Shown: positions 1-10,870 of the stretch, one piece after another
Layout: the number at the start of each line of letters is the position of its first letter
How positions within the stretch are numbered: position 1 is the first letter of the stretch
Assembly: GCF_000011805.1 (NCBI RefSeq)
Contig: NC_006840.2
From: Aliivibrio fischeri ES114
Lineage (GTDB): Bacteria > Pseudomonadota > Gammaproteobacteria > Enterobacterales > Vibrionaceae
Length of the DNA: 32,000 nt
Direction: 5' to 3' (one strand)
Position numbers and translations under genes: made by a program
The notes under the pieces: model-generated
Told to the model about the DNA's origin: nothing
Databases searched by the model: none
The model's input: only the letters and a program-made list of their open reading frames with translations

Positions 1-546
1 GGTGATGATAAACCAGCTAACGTTATTGATGCTGCTGCTGCTGGTGCTGCAACAGGTATGCAACTTGCGTTAAACGTAGGTGCGATGCTTCTTGCATTCA
101 TCGGTTTAATCGCTCTAATCAATGGTATCTTAGGTGGTATCGGTGGTTGGTTCGATATGCCTCATATCACTTTAGAACTGATTCTAGGTTACATCTTTGC
201 TCCTTTAGCATTCTTAATCGGTGTTCCATGGGAAGAAGCAACAATTGCTGGTTCATTCCTTGGTCAAAAACTGGTAGTTAACGAATTCGTTGCATACCTA
301 AACTTTGCACCTTACCTAGCTAATGGCGCAGAAGTGGTTCTTTCTGAGAAAACAGAAGCAATCATCTCATTCGCACTATGTGGTTTCGCAAACCTTTCTT
401 CTGTAGCGATTCTACTTGGTGGTCTAGGTAGCCTTGCACCAGCACGTCGTCATGACATCGCTCGCATGGGTATGAAAGCGGTTGCTGCTGGTACATTATC
501 AAACCTAATGTCTGCAACAATTGCAGGTCTATTCCTATCTCTATAA
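1..546 (+). CDS. nupC: NupC/CNT-family nucleoside transporter, 3' part (truncated by window start)
   Basis: Reading frame is open from base 1 (GDDKPANVIDAAAAGAATGMQLALNVGAMLLAFIGLIALING...); the motifs WEEATIAGSFLGQKLVVNEFVAYLNF and ALCGFANLSSVAILLGGLGSLAPARR are typical of concentrative nucleoside transporters. The track ORF starting at 58 is only an internal Met. Confidence 0.9.
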   Translation, partial: GDDKPANVIDAAAAGAATGMQLALNVGAMLLAFIGLIALINGILGGIGGWFDMPHITLELILGYIFAPLAFLIGVPWEEATIAGSFLGQKLVVNEFVAYLNFAPYLANGAEVVLSEKTEAIISFALCGFANLSSVAILLGGLGSLAPARRHDIARMGMKAVAAGTLSNLMSATIAGLFLSL

Positions 547-575
547 TCGTATAGAGCAGAACAGATAATCATTAT

Positions 576-605
576 AAAACCCGCATTATGTGCGGGTTTT
601 TTTAT
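576..605 (+). terminator. Rho-independent terminator after nupC
   Basis: aaaacccgca-ttatg-tgcgggtttt followed by a T run. Confidence 0.85.
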
Positions 606-831
606 GTCTGTTACTCATGAAAAAGTGTGATGAATAAATGCGCTAAAATCACATTTTTTATGCAAAAAGTTTGAGATGCAAACCGATTGCGTTACCACAC
701 AAAAACAATCAAGCAAAATTATATTGATATAATGAATCCATAATAAAAGAGAGAAGAACTGCTAGGTTAAAAAAACGAGCTATGGTCTACACTGTAGTTA
801 AAGCACACATAACCTAAAATGAGAGTCAATT

Positions 832-1002
832 ATGAATGAAGTTTTACTATCTATGTTCGCAGGTTTGATTGTTGGAGTTGTTTTCTCTGCAATTAAACTG
901 CCTATTCCTGCGCCTCCAGTTCTTTCTGGTGTGATGGGGATTGTCGGCGTTTACGCTGGCGCAGTAGGTTATCAATGGATTGTTGAACGTTTCTTTTCAT
1001 AA
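832..1002 (+). CDS. XapX domain-containing small membrane protein (56 aa)
   Basis: ATG at 832, TAA at 1000-1002; translates MNEVLLSMFAGLIVGVVFSAIKLPIPAPPVLSGVMGIVGVYAGAVGYQWIVERFFS. Glycine-rich hydrophobic pattern with KLPIPAPPVLSGVMGIVG resembles the XapX domain family. Not in the supplied ORF track (short). Confidence 0.8.
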   Translation: MNEVLLSMFAGLIVGVVFSAIKLPIPAPPVLSGVMGIVGVYAGAVGYQWIVERFFS

Positions 1003-1083
1003 TCTCAGTGTCTTTCTCTGGAAACATTGTTTCTCTAGTGCCTCAAAAGAAGTATTGATAAGATGAAGCAATGTTTCAACGGT

Positions 1084-1098
1084 GTCTCATGATGAGAC
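1084..1098. promoter_or_regulatory. 15-bp perfect palindrome GTCTCATGATGAGAC upstream of deoC (candidate operator)
   Basis: gtctcat-g-atgagac, perfect dyad in the deo upstream region. Confidence 0.35.
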
Positions 1099-1278
1099 GT
1101 TAATAAAATCAGTATTTTATTTATTAGAAAATGGAATAAATACTGGCGGCAAAATGGATATTGATTGGGTTTAATATATTGCCCAATTCTTCAAGGAATC
1201 AAGTCCGCTCATTTGCTGTTGAACGTACTTAACCTGAACAGCAAAACTATCAAAGAATTCTATCTATCGGAGATAACA

Positions 1279-2055
1279 ATGAGCGATTTAAAAGCAGCTG
1301 CACTACGTGCATTAAAGTTGATGGATTTAACAACACTAAACGATAACGATACAGACGAAGCGGTAATTGCACTTTGTAAAAATGCAAAAACAGCAGTAGG
1401 TAATACAGCAGCTGTATGTATCTACCCTCGTTTTATTCCTATCGCTAAGAAAACGCTGCGCGAACAAGGCACACCAGAAGTACGCATTGCAACAGTAACT
1501 AACTTCCCTCACGGTAATGATGATATTGAGATTGCTGTTGCTGAAACAAAAGCAGCGGTTGCTTATGGTGCAGATGAAGTTGATGTGGTTTTCCCATATC
1601 GTGCTCTTATTGCTGGTGATGAAACAACAGGTTTTGAACTAGTTAAGCAATGTAAAGAAGCATGTGGTGATGTTCTTCTTAAAGTAATCATCGAAACTGG
1701 TGAATTAAAAGAAGAAGCATTAATCAAAAAAGCATCTCAAATCTGTATTGAAGCTGGTGCTAACTTTATTAAAACCTCAACAGGTAAAGTGCCAGTAAAT
1801 GCTACACCTGAATATGCTCGTATGATGCTTGAAGTTATCCGTGATATGGATGTAGCTAAAACAGTTGGTTTTAAACCTGCTGGCGGCGTTCGTACTGCTG
1901 AAGATGCACAAGCATACCTAGCGATGGCTGATGATATTCTTGGTGGCGATTGGGCTGATAACATGCACTACCGTTTTGGTGCATCAAGCCTACTGACTAA
2001 CCTATTAAATACATTAGAGGTAACAGAAGAAACGGCTGATCCATCAGCTTACTAG
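1279..2055 (+). CDS. deoC: Deoxyribose-phosphate aldolase
   Basis: 258 aa from [22 protein letters not shown]; KTSTGK active-site segment and [10 protein letters not shown]. The track start at 1165 is a TTG extension; ATG at 1279 gives the expected protein length. Confidence 0.95.
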   Translation: MSDLKAAALRALKLMDLTTLNDNDTDEAVIALCKNAKTAVGNTAAVCIYPRFIPIAKKTLREQGTPEVRIATVTNFPHGNDDIEIAVAETKAAVAYGADEVDVVFPYRALIAGDETTGFELVKQCKEACGDVLLKVIIETGELKEEALIKKASQICIEAGANFIKTSTGKVPVNATPEYARMMLEVIRDMDVAKTVGFKPAGGVRTAEDAQAYLAMADDILGGDWADNMHYRFGASSLLTNLLNTLEVTEETADPSAY

Positions 2056-2098
2056 TTTCTCGTTACTTGATTTATAGCTAAGAAATAAATCGACTTAG

Positions 2099-3502
<1,404 letters not shown>

Positions 3503-3512
3503 GGAATAAAAC

Positions 3513-4745
3513 ATGAAACGTGCAATAATTTTAGTTCTCGATTCATTTGGAATTGGTGCAGCAGGCGATGCTGATAAATTTGGTGATGTAGGTTCAGATA
3601 CGATGGGCCACATTGCAGAGCAGTGTGATAAAGGATTAGCTGATAATGGAAACCGTAAAGGGCCACTAACGCTGCCTAATTTATCTAAACTTGGCTTAGC
3701 AATGGCGGGTAAAGAATCTACTGGCAAATTCTCTGCTGGTTTAGATGCTAACGCTGAAATTATCGGTGCTTATGGTCATGCTGCTGAGTTATCTTCAGGT
3801 AAAGATACACCATCTGGCCACTGGGAAATTGCAGGTGTACCTGTTTTATTTGACTGGGGTTATTTCACTGATAAAGAAAACAGCTTTCCTAAAGAGCTAA
3901 CAGATCGCATTTTAGAGCGTGCTAACCTTCCGGGTTATTTAGGAAATTGCCATGCATCGGGCACACAAGTGTTAGATGATTTAGGTGAAGAGCACATGAA
4001 AACGGGCATGCCTATTTTCTATACTTCTGCTGACTCTGTATTCCAAATTGCATGTCACGAAGAAACGTTTGGTTTAGATAACCTATTAACGCTTTGCCAA
4101 ATCGCACGTGAAGAGCTTGAAGATTACAATATTGGTCGAGTGATCGCTCGTCCGTTTATTGGTCCGGGTAAAGGTCAATTTGAACGTACAGGTAACCGTC
4201 GCGATCTTTCTGTTGAGCCGCCAGCGGCAACGATTTTACAAAAATTAGTGGATGAAAAGGGTGGTCAAGTTCATTCGATTGGTAAAATCTCTGATATCTA
4301 TGCGGGTTGCGGTATTACGAAGAAAACCAAAGCAACGGGTATCCCTGCATTATTTGATGCAACTAAAGAAGCGATTGAACAAGCGATTGAACAAGCGGGT
4401 GACAACACTATCGTATTCACTAACTTCGTAGATTTTGATTCAGCATACGGTCACCGTCGTGATGTAGCAGGTTATGCTGCAGCATTAGAATACTTTGATG
4501 GGCGTCTTCCTGAAATTATGGATATGCTACAAGAAGATGATATTTTGATCCTGACTGCCGATCACGGTTGTGATCCTACATGGCCAGGTACAGATCATAC
4601 ACGTGAGCACATTCCTGTTCTTGTTTACGGTCATAAGGTACCAGCAGGCTCATTAGGTCGTCGTGATACATTTGCCGATATAGGTCAAACCTTAGCAGAG
4701 TATTTTGAAACCTCTGATATGGAATATGGAAAATCTTTCCTATAA
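3513..4745 (+). CDS. deoB: Phosphopentomutase
   Basis: 410 aa, [34 protein letters not shown]; [24 protein letters not shown] metal-binding C-terminal motif. Confidence 0.95.
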   Translation: MKRAIILVLDSFGIGAAGDADKFGDVGSDTMGHIAEQCDKGLADNGNRKGPLTLPNLSKLGLAMAGKESTGKFSAGLDANAEIIGAYGHAAELSSGKDTPSGHWEIAGVPVLFDWGYFTDKENSFPKELTDRILERANLPGYLGNCHASGTQVLDDLGEEHMKTGMPIFYTSADSVFQIACHEETFGLDNLLTLCQIAREELEDYNIGRVIARPFIGPGKGQFERTGNRRDLSVEPPAATILQKLVDEKGGQVHSIGKISDIYAGCGITKKTKATGIPALFDATKEAIEQAIEQAGDNTIVFTNFVDFDSAYGHRRDVAGYAAALEYFDGRLPEIMDMLQEDDILILTADHGCDPTWPGTDHTREHIPVLVYGHKVPAGSLGRRDTFADIGQTLAEYFETSDMEYGKSFL

Positions 4746-4754
4746 AAATAAATA

Positions 4755-4786
4755 AGCAGTAGGGCCCTTCTCTACTGCTTTTTTTC
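4755..4786 (+). terminator. Terminator-like hairpin between deoB and deoD
   Basis: agcagtag-ggcccttct-ctactgct followed by T7. Confidence 0.75.
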
Positions 4787-4816
4787 TATTTTAAGTAAAC
4801 ACAAAGGATATAAATT

Positions 4817-5533
4817 ATGGCAACTCCACATATTAATGCTGAAATGGGTGATTTTGCAGACGTAGTTCTTATGCCGGGTGACCCGATTCGAGCTAAATAC
4901 ATCGCAGAGACATTTCTTGATGATGTAGTTCAAGTATGTGATGTTCGTAATATGTACGGTTTCACTGGTACGTATAAAGGTCGTAAGATTTCTGTTATGG
5001 GTCACGGTATGGGGATCCCTTCATGCTCAATTTACATGACAGAACTGATTAAGGACTTTGGCGTTAAAAAAGTTATCCGTGTAGGTAGTTGTGGTGCGGT
5101 AAACGAAGGCATTAAAGTTCGTGACGTAGTTATTGGTATGGGCGCATGTACAGATTCAAAAGTGAATCGCATTCGTTTTAAAGATCATGATTTTGCGGCT
5201 ATTGCCGATTATGAAATGGTTCGTAATGCAGAGTTAGCTGCGCAAGCTCGTGGTATTGATGTAAAAGTGGGTAATCTTTTCTCTGCTGAACTTTTCTATA
5301 CGCCAGATCCAAGCATGTTTGATTTAATGGATAAATACGGCATTGTTGGTGTTGAGATGGAAGCTGCGGGTATGTACGGTGTTGCTGCCGAATACGGTGC
5401 AAAAGCATTAGCAATCTGTACTGTATCTGATCACATTAAAACAGGTGAGCAAACCACATCTGATGAGCGTGCAACGACATTTGATGAAATGATGCTGATT
5501 GCATTAGATTCAGTATTACTTGGCGATAAATAA
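4817..5533 (+). CDS. deoD: Purine-nucleoside phosphorylase
   Basis: 238 aa, [36 protein letters not shown]; [14 protein letters not shown]; [29 protein letters not shown]. Confidence 0.95.
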   Translation: MATPHINAEMGDFADVVLMPGDPIRAKYIAETFLDDVVQVCDVRNMYGFTGTYKGRKISVMGHGMGIPSCSIYMTELIKDFGVKKVIRVGSCGAVNEGIKVRDVVIGMGACTDSKVNRIRFKDHDFAAIADYEMVRNAELAAQARGIDVKVGNLFSAELFYTPDPSMFDLMDKYGIVGVEMEAAGMYGVAAEYGAKALAICTVSDHIKTGEQTTSDERATTFDEMMLIALDSVLLGDK

Positions 5534-5561
5534 CACGCATAACGAAAACCGTTAGAAATAA

Positions 5562-5596
5562 AAAAGGCGATGAGGTTAATTTCATCGCCTTTCTTT
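5562..5596. terminator. Bidirectional terminator between convergent deoD and ytjB/smp
   Basis: aaaggcgatga-ggttaatt-tcatcgccttt flanked by A run and T-rich tract. Confidence 0.8.
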
Positions 5597-6202
5597 TTAT
5601 GCTTTACCACCAAACAATGTGGTGATTGGTTTGGAAGCATCTTTTCTTTTTCTTAGTAACCCCATAATCAGCATCCCTGAAACCAAACTGATTGCGAGCA
5701 TACCAAACATTAAACGGTCACTTTTACGATAGTGGTGATTTGCAAAGCCGGTCAATGTTGATTTTTCAAATGTCACACGTAAAAAGCCAAGTAGATGGTC
5801 ATCTTTAATGATAGGTTCAATCAACTGCTGACGACCAATACCGTCAATAGACAATGGCGTATTTAATCCAGTAATTTGAGAAGCCGTTAGTGCATTATCA
5901 CTTTTTCCTAAGATTCTACCTTCAGCGTCATATATTGTGGCATCAAAAACTAAACGCTCTTTAGCAAGGTTATTAGTTAACTGGAATAATGCTTCATGGT
6001 TATCTTCTTTAATGCTATCAACGGCAAATAAAGCCGCTTGTCGAGTCATTGTTCGGCTAAGATCTTGTAATTGTTTGTTTTGAATAACTTGGTTACTGTC
6101 ACTGATGATCGTACTGTTGATCAAAATAAAGTAACTGAATGCCATTAGAGAAAGCAGCATCAATCCTTTAATGACAAAGTTTTGAGAAAGCATCACAACC
6201 AC
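5597..6202 (-). CDS. ytjB: YtjB/Smp (AhpA)-family membrane protein
   Basis: Track protein MVVMLSQNFVIKGLMLLSLMAFSYFILINST...KPITTLFGGKA is encoded on the MINUS strand: the reverse complement of the region around 5597 reads aaaccaatcaccacattgtttggtggtaaagcataa (KPITTLFGGKA*). Start is GTG at 6202 or the internal ATG at 6193. Position next to and divergent from serB matches ytjB/smp. Confidence 0.8.
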   Translation of the reverse strand: MVVMLSQNFVIKGLMLLSLMAFSYFILINSTIISDSNQVIQNKQLQDLSRTMTRQAALFAVDSIKEDNHEALFQLTNNLAKERLVFDATIYDAEGRILGKSDNALTASQITGLNTPLSIDGIGRQQLIEPIIKDDHLLGFLRVTFEKSTLTGFANHHYRKSDRLMFGMLAISLVSGMLIMGLLRKRKDASKPITTLFGGKA

Positions 6203-6318
6203 CTAATAAGATATGAATGCAGTAATTATACTGAATTTATCGAAAAAAAGCAGTTTATGTCATTTGCCTCTTGCTCAACTCCTCTTCAATCGGTATTTTT
6301 TAGACAGGACAAGAAAGG

Positions 6319-7296
6319 ATGCAAATCATGGATAGGATAATCCCATTTTCAATTAAGAAACACATACCATTATTAAATCGTTTTAGCTCAACCTTAACAA
6401 CGACGCAATTCGACGTTAAAAAAACAGGTTGGATTATTTACGGTCCTCAATTATCACCTCGTCATTTTGATGATATCGATTTTTTTGTCGGTTATAAAAC
6501 GCAACTAATTAAAACTTGGAAAGTTGGTTATTACGAAGTTGCTGCTATAGCTGGTGCGCTTACAGAAGAGCATAAAATTATCGTTGATGCGCTCGGTTTA
6601 GATTACGCAGAGATGAAAGATATTCCTGATCTATCAAAACCAGGGATCATTTTATTTGACATGGATTCAACGGCGATCGAAATCGAATGTATTGATGAAA
6701 TAGCGAAATTAGCGGGTGTTGGTGAGCAAGTTGCAGAAGTAACAGAAAGAGCAATGCAAGGTGAACTGGATTTTAAAGAGAGTTTAATTCAGCGTGTAGG
6801 AACTCTGGCAGGAGCTGATGAAGCTATTCTTGCTGAAGTAAAAGCAAACTTACCTTTTATGCCTGAAATCAGAGAGCTAGTTGCTACCATGCATAAATAC
6901 GGTTGGAAACCGGCTATTGCCTCGGGTGGTTTCACTTATTTTTCTGATTATTTAAAACAAGAACTCAATCTTGTACATGCACAATCGAATCAGCTAGAGA
7001 TTGTTGATGGCAAACTTACCGGTAAGGTTCTTGGTGAAATTGTCAGTGCAGAGACGAAGGCACATATTTTAGTTGAGCTTGCTGATAAATATGACATAGA
7101 GATCAGCAATACGGTTGCCGTTGGTGATGGTGCTAATGATCTGGTTATGATGGAAGCGGCAGGCCTTGGTATTGCCTATCACGCAAAACCTAAAGTACAA
7201 GAGCAAGCACAAACCGCAATTAAACATGCAGATTTAGGTGGTGTTGCTTGTATTTTATCTGCTTCGTTATTGTTTGGTAATAAACTGAGTTGGTAG
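6319..7296 (+). CDS. serB: Phosphoserine phosphatase
   Basis: FDMDSTAIEIECIDEIAKLAGVG, IASGGFTYFSDYL and VAVGDGANDLVMMEAAGLGIAYHAKPKV are HAD-family SerB motifs. Exact start ambiguous (6319 or 6328). Confidence 0.95.
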   Translation: MQIMDRIIPFSIKKHIPLLNRFSSTLTTTQFDVKKTGWIIYGPQLSPRHFDDIDFFVGYKTQLIKTWKVGYYEVAAIAGALTEEHKIIVDALGLDYAEMKDIPDLSKPGIILFDMDSTAIEIECIDEIAKLAGVGEQVAEVTERAMQGELDFKESLIQRVGTLAGADEAILAEVKANLPFMPEIRELVATMHKYGWKPAIASGGFTYFSDYLKQELNLVHAQSNQLEIVDGKLTGKVLGEIVSAETKAHILVELADKYDIEISNTVAVGDGANDLVMMEAAGLGIAYHAKPKVQEQAQTAIKHADLGGVACILSASLLFGNKLSW

Positions 7297-7327
7297 AAGC
7301 TTAATCTTCCATAAGTTTAATATAAAT

Positions 7328-7357
7328 AATGAGCTTTATTATAAAGCTCATTTTTTT
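7328..7357 (+). terminator. Terminator after serB
   Basis: aatgagctttattataaagctcatt followed by T run. Confidence 0.85.
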
Positions 7358-7555
7358 GCGTTAAATTCAGCAATAACGGTTACATATTACGTGAATAGTG
7401 TGATCTAACTCTCAACCTTAACGGAATCTGAATGAAATGCAGGAATTCATTCAGGAAGTGGTTTTATTGTCGTCATTAAATTGACGCTAATTGATTGTAT
7501 GAATAATATTCGCTTTGTTCACTTCGAACACATATTAATCAATAGCGGAGTTATT

Positions 7556-7771
7556 ATGCTAACTAAATTATTCGTAAAGTCTCAACTTGCTCTTCAATCT
7601 TTCAAAAACGATGAGCGCGGTGTAACAGCAATTGAATATGCAATCATTGGTGTTTGTATGTCTGCTATTGTACTTGCTGTATTTAACGGTACATTACAAG
7701 AGGCATTACAAGGTGCAATGGACACTATTTCAACTAATATTACAGCTGCCAACACAGCACCTGCTGAGTAA
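7556..7771 (+). CDS. flp: Flp-family type IVb prepilin
   Basis: MLTKLFVKSQLALQSFKNDERGVTAIEYAIIGVCMSAIVLAVFNGTLQEALQGAMDTISTNITAANTAPAE; G/VTAIEYAIIG prepilin cleavage and Flp motif. ATG at 7556 has an upstream GGAG; the track start at 7481 is an extension. Confidence 0.93.
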   Translation: MLTKLFVKSQLALQSFKNDERGVTAIEYAIIGVCMSAIVLAVFNGTLQEALQGAMDTISTNITAANTAPAE

Positions 7772-7782
7772 TATTAATTTAT

Positions 7783-8220
7783 ATGGAAATAAAGCTATTA
7801 ATTATTAGCGTAGTAACTATAGCTAATATTTATGCTGTTTTTCATGATATAAAAAATAGAAAAATATCTAATAATATTGTTTTTATTATTATGATTATTG
7901 GATTTTTTTCTATCTTTGTTAAAGGTGGTATGAGTTATTTATTATCACCTTTAATAATTCTCTTCGTTGGATTTATCTTATTTAAATTTAACATTATTGC
8001 TGCCGGTGATATTAAATATTATGCAGCAATGTCCTTAATGATTGAACAGCAATATTTACTACTGGTGACCTGCATTATTTTATGTCTAGGTGGCCTTCAA
8101 GCTTATTGTCAATACAGTATATATAAGCTAACAGGGAACGAACGTTGGATAGAAAGAGGGGTTCCTTATGGCGTCGCTATTTCTATAGGAAGTTTATTCG
8201 GTATTCTCGCATCAATATAG
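7783..8220 (+). CDS. tadV: Prepilin peptidase, TadV/CpaA type
   Basis: 145 aa integral membrane protein; DIKNRKISN near the N-terminus and AAGDIKYYAAMSLM (GD-type aspartyl protease motif), gene order after flp. Confidence 0.88.
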   Translation: MEIKLLIISVVTIANIYAVFHDIKNRKISNNIVFIIMIIGFFSIFVKGGMSYLLSPLIILFVGFILFKFNIIAAGDIKYYAAMSLMIEQQYLLLVTCIILCLGGLQAYCQYSIYKLTGNERWIERGVPYGVAISIGSLFGILASI

Positions 8221-8227
8221 GTGAAAA

Positions 8228-9040
8228 ATGAAATCCAAAATAATATTGGTTTTAGCTGTAATTGCTATTTCGATTGGCTTATACGGCATGTCACAGACAT
8301 CAACGACAGAGTCACCTATTACAGAGAAAGTACAAGAATTCGATAAACGACCAGAAGCAACCGTTATGGTTTGGATAGCCAAAAAAGACTTAATGTTTGG
8401 TTCGCCAGTACAACGAACGGATCTTGAAGTGCAGCGGATCAGTCAAACACAAGCGGATCGTTTCGGCATCATTCACGATGTTAAATTTAATTTCAATAAA
8501 AAACTGTTGGTTAAAAAAGACATTCTCCAAGGAGATATAGTTACATCCGATATGTTGTTAAGCCCAGGGCAAGAAGGGTATCTCAATCTAGTCATAAGTG
8601 AAGGTAAAGTGCCTTTTAATCTAGAGGTGAGTAATGACGCTATTCTTGGTGGTGCTATTTCTGTTGGTGATGTTGTTGATATTGCTTCTATTTCATCATC
8701 AGAGCAAAACTTGTCAAATGATGCTTCTATCTCAAATGTACAAAGTTTAAAAATGGCTCCGTTACTTACACAGATAATGGTTCTCGACATCATTCAGCAA
8801 GAAAAACCGGTTCGATTAAACAGTAAATCAACCAAAACAGTGACCAACCTGGTGCTAGAAGTTTCAAATCGAGAGTTAGCAAAGTTAGTTATTGCGCAAC
8901 GTATTGCTGAATTAGAAGTTCATAAGTCCATTGGCGCTGAGTTTTCTCACGAACTTCATGCAGATTCAAGTGATGTTATTACTATCCCTGGATTTAAAAA
9001 AGTAAAACCAGTCAACTCTATTCAAGAGTTTAGAGGCTAA
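8228..9040 (+). CDS. rcpC: Flp pilus assembly protein RcpC/CpaB
   Basis: 270 aa, N-terminal TM, VWIAKKDLMFGSPVQRTDLEVQRISQ (SAF-like region), location between prepilin peptidase and secretin. Confidence 0.8.
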   Translation: MKSKIILVLAVIAISIGLYGMSQTSTTESPITEKVQEFDKRPEATVMVWIAKKDLMFGSPVQRTDLEVQRISQTQADRFGIIHDVKFNFNKKLLVKKDILQGDIVTSDMLLSPGQEGYLNLVISEGKVPFNLEVSNDAILGGAISVGDVVDIASISSSEQNLSNDASISNVQSLKMAPLLTQIMVLDIIQQEKPVRLNSKSTKTVTNLVLEVSNRELAKLVIAQRIAELEVHKSIGAEFSHELHADSSDVITIPGFKKVKPVNSIQEFRG

Positions 9041-9043
9041 AAA

Positions 9044-10354
9044 ATGCGATATCGAATTCTTATTATATTAACGGTTTTACTCAGTATTGTTTCTTTGAAC
9101 GTGAGAGCAAAAGAGATTGAAAACCTATCCGCGGGTGATGCAAAAAGCATAACAACCACGACTGAGATAGGGTCTGTATTTATCTCAAATCCAAAAGTAG
9201 CAGACTACAAAATTATAGATAAATACAAAGTAGTTTTATTTGGCCGAGAAGTGGGTGACTCCGTTTTTATTGCTTTTGATGTTCAGGGGCGAGAGCTGTT
9301 AAATAAAAAAATAATTGTGAGTAAAAATTACTCAGGTATTGAACAACAAGTTAAGTTGCGATTTCCCACTTCCGATATCGATATTTTTGCTATTGGTACT
9401 AATGCGGTGGTGAGTGGTACCGTATTAAATGAAGAAGATCGTGATCAAATTTATGAAATGGTTGCGACTCTATTGTTTGATGATAACGCTGATAACAACG
9501 CACAAGATGACCGGACTGAATTAACTTACATGGATAAGTTGAATTTTGAAGGTGTGGTTAACCAAATTGAAGTGGCGAGAACCAAACAGGTCAATGTGAA
9601 GCTCACTATCGCAGAAGTTTCTCACTCTTTTATGCAGGATTTTGGCATTAAGGTAGGAAGTAATGGTCAAGCTGGGATCTTTGTCGATCAACTTGTTCAT
9701 TTTAGTGCAAGTGACATTGTTTCTGTGATTACCGCTGTAGGGACAGACTCGGTAGGACAAGTACTAGCGGAACCGAACTTATCTGTGATTTCCGGTGAGG
9801 ATGCCAGCTTTCTTGTTGGTGGGGAGCTACCTGTTGTCACCGTGATTGATGGAGCAACCAACGTTCAATATAAAGAATTTGGTGTAAAGCTAGATCTAAC
9901 GGCTAAGGTTGAGAGAGACGATAAAATTAAATTGGCATTAGCGCCAAGTGTAAGTTCTCTTGATACGCAATACGCTAATGATAATTACAACTTACCATCA
10001 TTAAAAACGCGTAGTGCAAGAACAACAGTCGAGCTCGGAGACGGACAAAGTTTTGTGCTAGGTGGTTTGCTTAATAGTGAAGAGAAAGAGTCGTTAACTC
10101 GTATTCCTTTTGTTGGTGATATCCCTATTTTAGGGGCTTTGTTTCGTCATACAGGTACGGAGCGAAATAAAACTGAGCTGATTATTGTTGCAACGGTAAA
10201 CCTTGTTCAACCGGTTAAAGCAAATCAAATCCAGCTTCCAACCATGCAGAAAACCAGTACGTTAAGACGTTTTCTCGGTATGGGAAGTGACTATGAAAGA
10301 GCAGAAGACCAATGGGCAAGTGAAGTTCTGAATGCGGGTGGATTTAGAAAATGA
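9044..10354 (+). CDS. rcpA: Type II/III secretin family protein RcpA/CpaC
   Basis: 436 aa; VLAEPNLSVISGEDASFLVGGELPVV, FGVKLDLTAKV, SFVLGGLLNSEEKESLTRIPFVGDIPILGALFRH..ERNKTELIIVATVNLV secretin signatures. Confidence 0.93.
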   Translation: MRYRILIILTVLLSIVSLNVRAKEIENLSAGDAKSITTTTEIGSVFISNPKVADYKIIDKYKVVLFGREVGDSVFIAFDVQGRELLNKKIIVSKNYSGIEQQVKLRFPTSDIDIFAIGTNAVVSGTVLNEEDRDQIYEMVATLLFDDNADNNAQDDRTELTYMDKLNFEGVVNQIEVARTKQVNVKLTIAEVSHSFMQDFGIKVGSNGQAGIFVDQLVHFSASDIVSVITAVGTDSVGQVLAEPNLSVISGEDASFLVGGELPVVTVIDGATNVQYKEFGVKLDLTAKVERDDKIKLALAPSVSSLDTQYANDNYNLPSLKTRSARTTVELGDGQSFVLGGLLNSEEKESLTRIPFVGDIPILGALFRHTGTERNKTELIIVATVNLVQPVKANQIQLPTMQKTSTLRRFLGMGSDYERAEDQWASEVLNAGGFRK

Positions 10355-10821
10355 AAAAACTATATGTAATAGCTGTGCTTTTATTTTTATCGGGTTGTGC
10401 TGACCATATTAATGAAAAGCAGGGGACTCATATTAATGTTATTCCTGTGACGTATTCTTTTTCAATTAATAGTCAGAGTGATGACATTATAAAAAATAAA
10501 CTAAATACGTTTATTAATCATCATGGACTTAAAAATAAAAAAGGCTATTGGGAAATATCTATATATAAAGACGATGTAAAAGAGCAAGAAATTAAGTATC
10601 AACAACTTTTAGGTGAATTTGGTTATACCATTAATCAAATAAAAACAGTTGAACTACAAGATAAACCTTATTTTATAGTTACGGTTTCATTTATTACTCA
10701 AAAAATTGAATATCAAATTTGTGGTTATGAGCAAATCGATTATTACGGCTCTAATAATATCGGTTGTTATACCGAAAGTAATCGCTGGCATTCGATGGTT
10801 AATCCTGAAAATGCAATGTAA
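10351..10821 (+). CDS. Small lipoprotein, probable RcpB/CpaD-like pilus assembly component
   Basis: 156 aa; MKKLYVIAVLLFLSGCADH lipobox; overlaps rcpA stop by 4 nt. Assignment rests mainly on position in the tad locus. Confidence 0.6.
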   Translation: MKKLYVIAVLLFLSGCADHINEKQGTHINVIPVTYSFSINSQSDDIIKNKLNTFINHHGLKNKKGYWEISIYKDDVKEQEIKYQQLLGEFGYTINQIKTVELQDKPYFIVTVSFITQKIEYQICGYEQIDYYGSNNIGCYTESNRWHSMVNPENAM

Positions 10822-10870
10822 CTACCTCGCAAAGAGCTAGTGTAATTAACATCATATTATTGGAGCTATT

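Noticed and set aside
620-660. aaaagtgtga...tcacattttt inverted repeat after nupC, considered as a CRP site
   Set aside because: Spacing of the TGTGA/TCACA halves is far larger than the 6-bp spacer of CRP sites; at best a weak secondary terminator.
1737-1964. 75-aa minus-strand ORF inside deoC
   Set aside because: Fully antisense to a confident conserved gene; composition mirrors deoC codons.
4772-5005. 77-aa minus-strand ORF over the deoD start
   Set aside because: Low-complexity translation opposite a conserved gene; no RBS or homology visible.
8473-8793. 106-aa minus-strand ORF inside rcpC/cpaB
   Set aside because: Antisense shadow of the coding frame.
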